64,000 bases of DNA. Origin: Longimicrobiales bacterium (GTDB lineage Bacteria; Gemmatimonadota; Gemmatimonadetes; Longimicrobiales; Gaopeijiaceae). Every line of letters starts with the position of its first letter. The stretch's first letter is position 1. The notes under the pieces are model-generated. The model made no database searches. It saw only the letters and a list, made by a program, of their open reading frames with translations, and had not been told where the DNA came from. Below, piece by piece: positions 9,706 to 20,347 of this stretch. Location: the NCBI GenBank assembly GCA_965248195.1, contig CBDFIQ010000002.1, positions 768,001 through 832,000 on the forward strand, written 5' to 3'. A program made the position numbers and the translations under genes.

Positions 9706-10580
9706 TCCGGACGGCAACGAGGAAGGGTGAACCGCAGGCCCAGGCCCAACCACTACCGAGCCCGGTCGCGAGCCCCGGCGACTCGCACCCCAAGTCGTTT
9801 CGTTTCGGGGTCCAGGCCCCGAACCCAGTGGGGATCGACCGTAAGCGAGGCCGTGAACGGACCGGCGGGAACCGGCAGGAACGTCATGCGAAGAGAAACG
9901 TCGAGGTGTGTGATTCCCCGCTCCGAAAAGAGGTAGTCGGAGGGATCCGTGTCGTCGACGCTGCGTTCCTGCCCTAGGGCGAACCCACTCCGGCCCTCCA
10001 GAAACATCGATCCGACCGGCACGACCAGTCCCGCCCAAACCGGAATCTGCAACGTGGCGGCGATCTCCGCGTAGGCGCCTCCGACCCGGTCCACGTCCCA
10101 ATAAACGGTGGCTTCGCCGAGCAGGGGAGCCCCTGGCATGGCGCCTCGTGCCCCGGCGTACACCTCCCATGTGTTCCCTCTCCGGAGGACGGTCCCCGGC
10201 GCTGGGCTTCGGAAAGTGTATCGGGCCAGCCCCGCTACCAATCGACCGCCGTTCCCACCGAAGGAGGCTTCGAACCACGGGCTCGTCTCGAAGGCCCAGC
10301 GCTCCGGAAGGCCGACCGCCGCCTCGGACGACAGATCCGTCAGGGACCAAACACCTGCGGTCAAGATCAGGTCGCGCCAGGCTAAAGACCCGTATACCGC
10401 GTGCTGGACGTTGCGCCCCGGATCCAACTGCAGGCCCCTCCATTCGTAGTGGCTCGCCAGCGCGATGTCCGCGTCCAGCGCCCACTCCTGAGCGAACAAC
10501 GCGATCGGCGAAAAAACGACCGAGAGAACCGTGAGGGTCCAGATTCGCCCCATCGCGTCTGTGACTCGAGTCGTGTTCAT
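9681..10580 (-). CDS. TorF-like outer-membrane beta-barrel protein with an in-frame TAG at 9753-9755
   Basis: Signal peptide, ASHYEWRG motif and alternating beta-strands; the frame continues past TAG as WLGLGLRFTLP... to TAA at 9681. Confidence 0.6.
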
Positions 10581-10641
10581 GAACCGAGAGTCAGGATTGG
10601 GGCAGCACTTTCGTCGGCGTGCGGACTCCGCGGCCACCACA

Positions 10642-12560
10642 CTAAAAGGTGAAGCCGAGTCCAAAGTATATGGCCGTTCGCTGTTCACTTCTGGCCATCG
10701 ATACCTGCAAGGTCGTCGCCCGTAACCCCGGTGCGATCCAGATCCCTCCGCCGTACGATTTGTGCCATAGGTCCGACGAGAGGCCGTCCTGAAACACGCG
10801 TCCCAGATCCCCGAATCCGAACACGCCGAACTCGGTAGGGAAGAGGACCGAGACACGCCCGAGGGTGGCTCTCAACTCGGCACTTCCGTAGAGAGATGAG
10901 CGGCCAGCGAAGCGCTGTTCGCGGAGTCCCCGTACGTTGTCGGACCCTCCGAGGAGGGCGGCCTCATAGTAGGGGATCATCGTACCCCACAGGCGTTTTC
11001 CCCCCACGCGAGTAGCCAGAGTGGGGTTCCCGCCACTGGGAGACAGGAAGGCCGCAATCTCCCCGTGCGCCTCCACGATCGAACTCTCAAGATCGAGGAC
11101 TTCGGGGTAGTATGCCGTACCCGCTGTAAGGTGGTAACCCCTCGTGGGCCATGTCGGGTGGTCTCGCCCGTCCAGGTCGAGTGACGCCTGAACTCCGAGT
11201 TGCATCAACGTTCCGGATCCGTATGGTTGTCGGTCCGCAACGAAATTGTCGGTGCCCGTCGTATCGGATGCGGTCCGCTTAAAGACAGGACCGATGGCCA
11301 GTTCCGTCTTCTCGCCGTCGCCGAAGCTCAGCGTTCCCGTAATGACGAATTGATCCTGGTCCACCTTGAAGAAGTCTGAAGGCCTGTCCTTTGCGGTCTC
11401 GTTGCCGAAGCCATAAAAGTTGACGACTTCCACTCCCGAGAAGCGAGCTCGGAGGCTGAGATCCGCACTACCCCGGAACAGGCCCCGGAAGTCCTGCCTA
11501 TAATCCACGAACGGTTTGGATCGTCCGAACGCCCATCCGACGCTCGTCTGGGTGCGCAAGTAGTAAGGGTAGGTGAGGAAGCCGTAGGTCGTCTTCTTGA
11601 GGCCGAGGTGTAACACGAGTCCACGGTCAACGTCGAACCCCATCTGGACCTGGGGGGAAGTCTGGGACCCCCAATCCAGAACACGAAGAGACTCACCGAC
11701 CCAGGACCAGGGGCGAGGGGCTCCCCGATTATCGAACCGCATACCTGGACCGGTTCTCACCGTGGCATCGCCGGCATCAAAGACTCGGATCCCACGCGCA
11801 GCAGACGAGTTGACGAACTCGTCCCGGCCACCGCCACCAACGAGGCGGATGTCAATCGGTGAATTGCCGGCGCCGCGGATTCGGGCCAGATCGTCCCCGC
11901 CGTGAAGGTAGACCCGGATCTCTCGGGTCTCGTTGGGGAAGAATACGCGCTCGAAGTGCGGCGAGCCGTCCGGCTCCGAGTTCGCCCCACGTTCATGCAG
12001 CACCACGCGGACGCTCCCATCCTCGAGATGGTCTATCGTTGCCACTTCATCTTCGTCTGTGGCATGAATATCGGACCACTCGAAGACGATCTTGTAGAAT
12101 TCGCGAGCCGCCTCCGCTAGGTCGCTGCGACGACTCCTCAGTTTTGCCTCGAGCTCGGGCCCTATGAGTGCGTAGTGTTCTCGAGGCATGCGCGAAACGG
12201 CCTCTCCGATCACGTCATCCGTGAGCGAGGCGGCTACCTCTTCTACCGTGGCATTCCAGATCTCTCGATCGAGCCCGACCAGGATGTTGCGATCGATATC
12301 CCAGGCGTTCCGGGTGAGCGCCTGTATATCCGGGTATTCTTCGCCGAAAGTGACGAGACGCCGGTCGTAAAAACGGCCGATACGCTTCAGGACGCCATCG
12401 AACTGTACGAATGCCTGATCCCGGTCACGGGGAACGGGACGCCAGACGCGTCCACCGTCGACCTCGTCGAATCGAGCCCAGAGGTAGTTGTTCTCACTAC
12501 GATCACGGTCACCCACCAGGATGTCGATGAGGCGAGCTTTCAGTAGCTCATAGAGGTCCA
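10642..12560 (-). pseudogene. BamA/TamA-like surface antigen protein, 5'-truncated
   Basis: KARLIDILVGDRDR...WRPVPRDRDQAF segment, LGG..NVRG..EQRFAG motif and C-terminal YFGLGFTF; no signal peptide or credible start. Confidence 0.75.
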
Positions 12561-13305
12561 GTGGGCCGGCCACGCAGACGGCTGCGCAGAAGAGTTGCCA
12601 TCGGAGCTGCTGCACCAGTTGAGCGACGCCTATGGTGAGCTGGCCCAACGCTCAGACGTCGAAAAGCCCAGCGTGGCGGTGCGGTCGTCTGCAATTGACG
12701 AAGACGGTGGCTTCGCCTCGTTCGCCGGACAGTACGAGACCTATCTGAATCTGGAGGGGGATGCGGCCGTGGCGGCCGCGGTGCTCCGCTGCTGGCACTC
12801 CACTCGGGCGGAGCGAGTCACCGAATACCGACAGCGTGCCGGGCTAGCGCTCGACAGATTAGAGATGGCCGTGCTCGTCCAAGAGCTCGTTCCCGCCGAC
12901 TCCTCGGGGGTGATCTTCAGCGCCAATCCCGTCACCCAGAATCGCGGCGAGGTCGTGATCAATGCCAGCTGGGGGCTGGGTGAAAGTATCGTTGGCGGCA
13001 CCGTCAGCCCGGATACCTTCACGATCGACAAACGGGACCTGACGGTGACCGAGTCCAAGATCTCGGACAAGAAGGTCATGACCGTGCGGGTTCAAGACGG
13101 CACGGAGGAAGTGCCTGTGCCGCGCTTCATGCGCTCGCGCCCCACGCTCTCGGGTGAGCAACTGGTCGCTATGGCGCAACTCGCGATGAGCCTGGAGGAT
13201 GAGATGGGATGGCCGGTCGACGTGGAGAGCGCCTATTGCGGAGAAGAGCTGTATCTACTGCAGTGTCGCCAGATCACTACGTTGACCGAACCCGATCAGA
13301 AGTGA
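12559..13305 (+). pseudogene. PEP synthase/PPDK-type ATP-binding (ATP-grasp) subunit, 5'-truncated
   Basis: VAVRSSA.DED..ASFAGQYET, WGLGESIVGG and DVE...LLQCRQIT motifs; lacks the N-terminal GGK motif; in-frame TAG at 12544. Confidence 0.78.
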
Positions 13306-13343
13306 CAGAGTAACGCGAACCCAGAGGCGGAGGAAAACCGGCT

Positions 13344-15020
13344 ATGTCCGATGCAGTCCCCCCATCCGAACCCGTAACGATTCCACCCCAAGAGGACTTC
13401 CCAGTCGAGTGGGCATCCGCCGACGAACAGAAGATCCCCTGGGAGCTCGACCTGATGCACTTCAACAACGTCATGCCGCCTCTCGAGGCAGAATTCTGGG
13501 CGCAGTTCATGCACGGAGCGGACCTGGCCATGCAGGATTTCGAGATGCCGCTGCAGATGGTGGCCAAGCCTTTCAACTACTGGTTGTATACCGGAATCTT
13601 TCCCCGAATCCCACCAGAGCAGATGGCGGAACAGACCACGCGTTCGGATGAAGTCCTCATGGCCAACGTCGGTCGCCTTCAGGAGCGCTGGGACGAGGAA
13701 TGGTTACCCGAGATCAAGAAGCACATTGAAGAGTGGGACGCCTTCGATGTCGCGGCGGCTTCTACTGCCGATCTGCAAACCCATTTAACAGAGGTGTGGG
13801 CAGGCGCCCTACGTCTGGCGGACATTCACTTCCAGATCGTATTTCCGGTGTATATCGCGCTGTCGCTGTTGGACGATCTGTACAACGACCTGTTTTCGGA
13901 TGGCGTGTTCGAGTCGCAGAAGCTGGTTCAGGGATTCGACAACAAGACCCTGGAGGTTGGTCGCGTGTTGTGGGATCTGAGTCGCAAGGCCAGGGCAAGC
14001 GATGGGGTCCGTAAGATCTTCGAGGAATATGCTCCTGGCGATGTGATGAATGCTCTGGTCGAGTCCGATGACGGGCAGGCGTTGGCGAAGGAGGTGGACG
14101 CCTTCTTGAACCTGCACGGCAAGCGGATGTCGGATTGGGGAATCCGTCACGGGAGTTGGATCGAGGACCCCAGTCCCGTCATGGTCACCCTAAAGGGCTA
14201 CATCGAACAGGAGGGCAACCCGCACGACGAGCTAAAGGAGCGAGCTGCGGAACGCGACGATGCCGTAGCCGCCGCGAGAGAGCGACTGCAGGGGTACCCC
14301 TCCAATGTGCGCGACGAGTTCGAACATCTGCTCAAGGCCGCCTCCGCGGCCGTCGTACTGACCGAAGATCATGGCTATTGGATCGATTTTCAGTCTACCT
14401 ACCGGGTGCGTCGAGTCGCCATGGAGATGGGTAAGCGATTGGCCGAGGCGGGCACGCTAGCGACAGCCGGGGACGTCTTCGTTCTAGGGACAGACGAAAT
14501 CGCCGCAGCGGCGGGCGCCTCACCTACGCCTGATCACACGGGCCTTGTGGAGGCACGCAAGAAGGAGATGGAGCATTTCGGATCGCTGAAGCCGCCCCCG
14601 TTCATGGGCACGGACTACGGGCCACCACCACCCGGACTGGTGTCTGACGCATTGGGAAAGTTCTTCGGAGCGCCGGCCGAGCAGGACGATGCAGCGGGCG
14701 ACACAGTGGCGGGAAATGCCGGCTCATCGGGCAAGGTCCGGGGAACGGCGAGGGTTCTGCGCTCTCTGGACGAAGCCGACAAGCTCGGCGTGGGGGAGAT
14801 TCTGGTGGCCCAGAGTACGTCACCGTCGTGGACGCCGCTGTTCGGGATTGCGGCAGGCATTGTTACGGATACGGGCGGCATTCTCAGCCACTGTGCCGTG
14901 GTGGCTCGCGAGTACAACATCCCGGCGGTGGTCGGGACCGGCGTGGCGACCAGCACGATCATGGACGGTCAGACGATCGAGGTGGATGGCGACGCGGGGC
15001 GAGTGCGCCTTTTCGACTGA
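13344..15020 (+). CDS. PEP-utilising enzyme: substrate-binding + swivelling phospho-His domain (RPH / phenylphosphate synthase-like)
   Basis: GGAGG RBS; C-terminal TSPSWTPLF...GGILSHCAVVAREY...VDGDAG. Confidence 0.88.
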   Translation: MSDAVPPSEPVTIPPQEDFPVEWASADEQKIPWELDLMHFNNVMPPLEAEFWAQFMHGADLAMQDFEMPLQMVAKPFNYWLYTGIFPRIPPEQMAEQTTRSDEVLMANVGRLQERWDEEWLPEIKKHIEEWDAFDVAAASTADLQTHLTEVWAGALRLADIHFQIVFPVYIALSLLDDLYNDLFSDGVFESQKLVQGFDNKTLEVGRVLWDLSRKARASDGVRKIFEEYAPGDVMNALVESDDGQALAKEVDAFLNLHGKRMSDWGIRHGSWIEDPSPVMVTLKGYIEQEGNPHDELKERAAERDDAVAAARERLQGYPSNVRDEFEHLLKAASAAVVLTEDHGYWIDFQSTYRVRRVAMEMGKRLAEAGTLATAGDVFVLGTDEIAAAAGASPTPDHTGLVEARKKEMEHFGSLKPPPFMGTDYGPPPPGLVSDALGKFFGAPAEQDDAAGDTVAGNAGSSGKVRGTARVLRSLDEADKLGVGEILVAQSTSPSWTPLFGIAAGIVTDTGGILSHCAVVAREYNIPAVVGTGVATSTIMDGQTIEVDGDAGRVRLFD

Positions 15021-15085
15021 GGGTCCCCTCACCTTTGCCCAACCCGAAAGGGCTTATCGAAGCCAACCACCGAGGGCGGTATTCT

Positions 15086-15351
15086 ATGGATCCCTTCATT
15101 CTCCAAGCGATGATCTTCTCGATTATCGTAATAGTCCTCCTTGGAGGTTTCACGCTGCTTTTCCACTCACGCGTCAGCTCGGCAAGGTCCTCGAGAAGAA
15201 GTACCTGGAGGACGGAACCGGCGGGACGAACGCGCAGGAGGTCGCCGAGCTCCGCCGGGCCGTGCAGGCGCTAACGGGCGACGTGGAACGCCTGAGCGAG
15301 CGGCAGGACTTCACCGAGAGGTTGCTTGAGGGTCCTCGCCCCGAGGATTGA
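15086..15351 (+). pseudogene. small membrane protein with coiled coil, frameshifted
   Basis: MDPFILQAMIFSIIVIVLLGGFTLL joins FPLTRQLG...ERQDFTERLL if one T is added to the T run at 15159-15162. Confidence 0.7.
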
Positions 15352-15372
15352 GCCGTTCGATACGCGCCTGCT

Positions 15373-17211
15373 TTACGTTGCTCCCACCACCGTCGCCTCG
15401 ATGTCCTGCTCGAGCATTTGCCGGTGGAGCAGTCGGGCGTAGGTCCCTCCGAGTGCGATCAGGTCGGGATGCCGGCCCCGCTCCGCGATCCGGCCACCAT
15501 CCAGCACCAGAATGAGATCCGCGTTCATCACGGCGGACACGCGGTGGCTGATGATGAAGGACGTGCGCCCCTCCATCACGCGTGTGAGGTCGTCGAGGAT
15601 GCGTGCCTCGGTGTGCGTGTCGACTGCGCTCAAGGCGTCGTCGAGGACGAGGATCCGCGGGTCGCGCGCCACGGCACGGGCCAGGGTAGTGCGTTGCTTT
15701 TGACCCCCCGACAGGTTGACTCCCCGCTCACCGAGAAGCGTTCCCCAGCTCTTCGGAAATCCCTGGATGGACTCGTCGAGCTGTGCGATACGGGCCGCTT
15801 CGACGACGGCTTCATCGGGGTCCTCGACGGGACCCTCCGGTGCACTGTGTGCCCGGTGTTCTTCCCGGGCCCAAACCTCTGCGGCCGACGGTTGGGCTCC
15901 GAGGTCGAGGCCAAGTCCGATGTTCTCCTCGATGGTCGCCGAGAAAAGGAACGGGTCCTGGGGCACCATGCCGATGAGCGAGCGTAGCTCACCCGGATCC
16001 AGATCGCGTACGTCCACCCCATCGATCAGAACGTGCCCGTCCGTCACGTCGTAGATCCTGGGGATCAACGTCACGAGCGTCGTCTTGCCCGAGCCGGTGG
16101 GACCGACGACCGCCACGGTCTGACCCGGGTTGGCGGAGAAAGAGACGTCCTCGAGGACCAACCGCTCCGTTCCGGGATAGCGGAACGAGACGTTCCGGAA
16201 CTCGACGGCCCCACGGGGCTCGGCGAGACGCACAGGATTCTCGGGGGGGCGTACGGCTGGCTCGGTCTCGAAAATCCTGTTGAGGCGGCCCATGCTGGCG
16301 GCACCTCTCTGGAACAGGTTGACCACCCAACCCAGGGCAATGAGTGGCCAGACGAGCATCGCCACGTAGATCCCGAATGCCACGAAGTCACCGAGCGTGA
16401 TACGTCCGGCAATAACTTCGAGACCGCCGAGCCACAGTACGATGACCATTGCCGTCCCCGAGAAGAGCGCGAGGATCGGGTGGAACAAGCCCGCCACCTT
16501 CACGAGGCCCATGTTTCGGTCCATGTACTCGCGATTGAGGCTGTCGAAGTGGTGCGCCTGACTCTCTTCCTGCACGTACGCTCTCACGATGCGCATGCCC
16601 GTCAGGTTTTCCTGCACCATGGTCGAGAGCGTGGCGAACTGCTCCTGAATTTTCTCGAAACGCTGGTGAATCACACGCGCGAACGCGAACACGACCGGAG
16701 GGAGGATCACCATCGGAATGAGGGCGTAGAGCGTGAGCCTGGGGCTGATCCATACCATGAATCCGAGAGCGAGCAGGAAGCTCACGAGCGTATTCACAGC
16801 GTACATGATGGCCGGCCCTGTTGCCATGCGCACGGCCTGCGTGTCGTTGGTGGCACGGGCCATGAGATCACCGGTCCGCGTTCCGCCGTAGAAGCTCGCG
16901 TCCAGCTGAAGGAGGTGTGAAAAGAAGTCGTTCCGCAGGTCGCACTCGATGCGGCGGCTGAGACCGTTGAGAAGCTCCCGCATGCCGTACTTGGCGGCGC
17001 CCCCGAGAAATGCGGCCGCTATGATGAAGAGCGCATAGGTCGAAATACGGCCCATCGTCACATCCGGATCGCCCAGGCCGTCGATGGACAGCTTGATCAG
17101 GTACGGCCCGGCCACCGTGAACAGGTTGGTGACGACGACCAGCGCAAGACCGGCGACGACGCCGGCCCGGTAAGGCCGGAAATAGGGGAGGACGGTACGG
17201 AGCTCGTTCAT
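15373..17211 (-). CDS. ABC exporter, fused permease/ATPase (MdlA-like)
   Basis: TM domain; Walker A GPTGSGKT, LSGGQKQR, ILVLDD and SHR motifs. Confidence 0.93.
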   Translation of the reverse strand: MNELRTVLPYFRPYRAGVVAGLALVVVTNLFTVAGPYLIKLSIDGLGDPDVTMGRISTYALFIIAAAFLGGAAKYGMRELLNGLSRRIECDLRNDFFSHLLQLDASFYGGTRTGDLMARATNDTQAVRMATGPAIMYAVNTLVSFLLALGFMVWISPRLTLYALIPMVILPPVVFAFARVIHQRFEKIQEQFATLSTMVQENLTGMRIVRAYVQEESQAHHFDSLNREYMDRNMGLVKVAGLFHPILALFSGTAMVIVLWLGGLEVIAGRITLGDFVAFGIYVAMLVWPLIALGWVVNLFQRGAASMGRLNRIFETEPAVRPPENPVRLAEPRGAVEFRNVSFRYPGTERLVLEDVSFSANPGQTVAVVGPTGSGKTTLVTLIPRIYDVTDGHVLIDGVDVRDLDPGELRSLIGMVPQDPFLFSATIEENIGLGLDLGAQPSAAEVWAREEHRAHSAPEGPVEDPDEAVVEAARIAQLDESIQGFPKSWGTLLGERGVNLSGGQKQRTTLARAVARDPRILVLDDALSAVDTHTEARILDDLTRVMEGRTSFIISHRVSAVMNADLILVLDGGRIAERGRHPDLIALGGTYARLLHRQMLEQDIEATVVGAT

Positions 17212-17231
17212 GGGCGGGCCTCAGACCTGGG

Positions 17232-19010
17232 TCACCAGCCTACCGCGGCACCGCCTCGGCGCGGATCGGCGGCCGCCTCGAGCGTCCCGTCGGGCATGAC
17301 CATGATGGCCTGAACGTCTCCGGAGATGCCACTGCGTTCCGATAGCGTGTGTCCACGGGCCTCCAAATCCGACACCACCCCGGGGGATAGCCCGCCCTGC
17401 TCGAAACGGATCTGGTCGGGCAGATGCTGATGATGGATCCGGGGCGCGTTCACTGCCTGCACGACGTTCATCCCGTAGTCGACGACATTCATGATCGTCT
17501 GGAAGACGGTCGTGATGATGGTGGCCCCGCCCGGTGTGCCCGTGACGAACAACAGCTCGCCGTCCGGATTCAGGACGACGGTGGGGGTCATGGCGGAAAG
17601 CATCCGTTTGCCTGGGCCCACCGCGTTGTTGGCTCCCTGCACCAGCCCATACTGATTGGGTGTGCCGGGTTTGGCGGTAAAGTCGTCCATCTCGTTGTTG
17701 AGCACGAAACCCGCCCCGGCGACCGTCACCTTACTCCCGAAGAAGGAGTTGAGCGTCGTGGTTACCGCGACAGCGTTGGCGTCGGCGTCGATCACCGAGA
17801 TGTGAGTGGTGTTTTCGCCCTCCGCAGGGGCCCCCAGACCAGGGCCGATTTCGGTCGACGGCGTGGCCCTCTCGGAGATGTCGGCTCCCCGCTCTGCGGC
17901 GTACGCCTTCGACGTCATGCGTTGCAGCGGAATGTCCACGAAATCAGTGTCGGCCAGGTAGGCGTTCCGATCGGCGTACGATCTCTTCCAGGTCTCGGCG
18001 AGTAGATGGACCATCTCCCCCGAGTGCCACGGCAGGTCGCCCAAGTCGTAGGGCTCCAGCATGTTGGCCATCTCCGCCATCGTCGCTCCACCGGACGACG
18101 GCGGCGGCATCGAGAAGATCGTGTGTCGCCGGTACGTGAACTCGATCGGGTCTCGCCACACGGCCCGGTACTCGTCGAGGTCCCGGTGCGTGATGAGTCC
18201 CGCCCCACGCTCCATCTCCGCCACGATCAGGTCAGCCGTTTCCCCGCCGTAGAATCCCTCGGTGCCCTGGTCCCGGATTCGTCGCAACGTGGCCGCCAGC
18301 TCGGGCTGACGGAACGTCTCGCCTAGGTCCACGATCCGACCCCCCGGAAGGTAGATGACAGCGGTCGCTGCGAAGCGCCGCAGGCCCTGCACGGAACCCG
18401 TGATATTTCTACGGAAACGCGGATAGACCTCGAAGCCGTCCGCCAGCGAGGCGGCCGGCTCCACGAGCTCGGCCCACGGCAGCGTGCCGAAGCGGCTGTG
18501 TGCCTCCCACATTCCCATCACGGAACCCGGTACACCCGCGGCCAAATGCCCCACGATCGACTTGTCGGTCACGTTGCCGTCGTCGTCCAGGAACATGTCT
18601 CGCGTGGCCGCCAGCGGGGCCTTCTCGCGGTAGTCGAGCGCGGCTGCCGTGCCGTCGGCCATCCTCACGACCATGAATCCGCCGCCGCCGATGTTGCCGG
18701 CTTGGGGGTTCACCACGGCGAGCGCGAAGGAGACCGCCACAGCGGCGTCCACGGCGTTTCCACCCCGTTCCATGATTCCGGCTCCGATCTCGCTGGCGAC
18801 ACTGTCTGTGGTCACGACCACGGCGTGTTCGGCAGTTACCGGCGCGTCGTCGGCCGAGAATCGCCACGTGTCCGGAAAGACGACTGGGGCTGAGTTTGGT
18901 CGGGCCGGTGTGCAAGCCGCTACCAGTAGGCCGAGACCCAGCAGCGGAAGACCCAGTACCCGAAGACCTAACAGCGGAAGACCCAGCATTGTCTGCGGCA
19001 TGCGAATCAC
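17232..19010 (-). CDS. ggt: gamma-glutamyltransferase (lipoprotein)
   Basis: GNAVDAAVA, GIGGG-like, DYRE, NTTHISV, NNEMDDF and GTPGG motifs; lipobox VAAC; GTG 19010 or ATG 19001 start. Confidence 0.93.
   Translation of the reverse strand: MIRMPQTMLGLPLLGLRVLGLPLLGLGLLVAACTPARPNSAPVVFPDTWRFSADDAPVTAEHAVVVTTDSVASEIGAGIMERGGNAVDAAVAVSFALAVVNPQAGNIGGGGFMVVRMADGTAAALDYREKAPLAATRDMFLDDDGNVTDKSIVGHLAAGVPGSVMGMWEAHSRFGTLPWAELVEPAASLADGFEVYPRFRRNITGSVQGLRRFAATAVIYLPGGRIVDLGETFRQPELAATLRRIRDQGTEGFYGGETADLIVAEMERGAGLITHRDLDEYRAVWRDPIEFTYRRHTIFSMPPPSSGGATMAEMANMLEPYDLGDLPWHSGEMVHLLAETWKRSYADRNAYLADTDFVDIPLQRMTSKAYAAERGADISERATPSTEIGPGLGAPAEGENTTHISVIDADANAVAVTTTLNSFFGSKVTVAGAGFVLNNEMDDFTAKPGTPNQYGLVQGANNAVGPGKRMLSAMTPTVVLNPDGELLFVTGTPGGATIITTVFQTIMNVVDYGMNVVQAVNAPRIHHQHLPDQIRFEQGGLSPGVVSDLEARGHTLSERSGISGDVQAIMVMPDGTLEAAADPRRGGAAVGW
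18924..18983. repeat. 4 x 15-bp tandem repeat in the ggt signal peptide
   Basis: CAGCAGCGGAAGACC-like units encoding LGLPL/LGLRV. Confidence 0.8.
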
Positions 19011-20188
19011 CCCATCTCCTCCAGGAGGCGGATGGCGCCCGCCGCCAGCGTAGCGGCCCCGAGCGGGAGGGCCGATTCGTCGATATCGAAGTCGGCTTCG
19101 TGGTGCATGCGCGGCTTGGGGAGGGCCGCCCCCAACCAAAAGAACGTGCCTGGCGCTTCGTGCGCGAGAAAGGAAAAATCCTCTGCCAACGTCATGGGTT
19201 GGATCGGTAGCACGTCGTCCTCTCCGACCAGATCGATCGCCGCGGCGCGCACACACTCCGTCACGCGTTCGTCATTGATCACCGGAAGATAACCAGTACC
19301 CAGTTGGATGGTGACTTCAGCGCCCGAGTCCTCCAGAGCTCCGAACGCCTCGTCCAGACGGCGGTGGAGCCTCTCCCGGACTTCCTCCGAGAAGAATCGC
19401 ATGGTGCCTTCGATCGTGACCAAGTCCGCCAGGACATTGTGGGCCGTGCCCCCGCCAATGCGTCCGAACGAGATGAGTCCATCCTCGACGGGAGAACGGA
19501 TCTCGGGGGCGGCGTCTTGGACCGCGACCACGCCCCGAGATGCCAACACGAGCGCGTCCACTCCGCCTTCGGGGAATCCCGCATGGCTGCTCTTCCCGTG
19601 CACCGCGATGTGGATCTCCGCGGCGCCGGCCATGATGGGGCCCGCCGCAAAGAAGAGCTTCCCACTGGGGAGCGGTGCCCCCAGATGGAGCCCGACTACA
19701 GCGTCGACCCCTTCCATCACTCCCTCGTCCACCATCCGCATCGCGCCACTCTTGCCCTCGTCGTCGGTCGCCTCTTCGGAGGGTTGGAAGACGAAGCGAA
19801 TGGTGCCAGGGGGCAGGCGCCCGGCATCCCTCTCCGCCTCGAGGATTCGGGCCGCTCCGATCAATCCCGCGACGTGTCCATCGTGCCCGCAAGCGTGCAT
19901 GACACCTGCGTTCTGGGAGACGAAGTCGTGGGTATTCGCCTCCTTTATGGGAAGGGCGTCCATGTCGGCGCGAAGTGCGATGAGGGGACCATCACCGTTA
20001 TCGAGCTCCGCGATCACCCCCGTTCGACCGATCCCCGTACGAACGGAAAAGCCGAGGGTCTCCATCTCCCTTGCCGCGATCCCTGCCGTTCGGACCTCTT
20101 GGAACGAAAGCTCCGGATTCTGATGAAGGTCTCTACGGATCGCAGTGAGGTCCGCGGCGAGAGATCGGGCTTGTTCGAGAAGATTCAC
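19007..20188 (-). CDS. M20 family amidohydrolase
   Basis: HQNPELSFQE, RADMDALP, MHACGHD, QPSEE and EDFS motifs; GTG start at 20188. Confidence 0.92.
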   Translation of the reverse strand: MNLLEQARSLAADLTAIRRDLHQNPELSFQEVRTAGIAAREMETLGFSVRTGIGRTGVIAELDNGDGPLIALRADMDALPIKEANTHDFVSQNAGVMHACGHDGHVAGLIGAARILEAERDAGRLPPGTIRFVFQPSEEATDDEGKSGAMRMVDEGVMEGVDAVVGLHLGAPLPSGKLFFAAGPIMAGAAEIHIAVHGKSSHAGFPEGGVDALVLASRGVVAVQDAAPEIRSPVEDGLISFGRIGGGTAHNVLADLVTIEGTMRFFSEEVRERLHRRLDEAFGALEDSGAEVTIQLGTGYLPVINDERVTECVRAAAIDLVGEDDVLPIQPMTLAEDFSFLAHEAPGTFFWLGAALPKPRMHHEADFDIDESALPLGAATLAAGAIRLLEEMG

Positions 20189-20347
20189 GGAGCCTCGGGC
20201 GTGTGGGTCGAAGCGAGCACGGTCCGTCGGACGTGCAAAGTCCTTGGTTGCTGGCAAAAAAACACCAAGATTAGCTTGTCCTAGCGAGAGTATCGCCGCA
20301 ACCCGGGGGGAGTTCCGTATCCCCACACCGAGGGACGAATAGGCCGC

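Noticed and set aside
9697..10485. N-terminal 263 aa of the 1030-aa ORF as part of the ceramidase
   Set aside because: It overlaps the better-supported barrel gene in another frame, and the lipoprotein signal lies downstream of 9696
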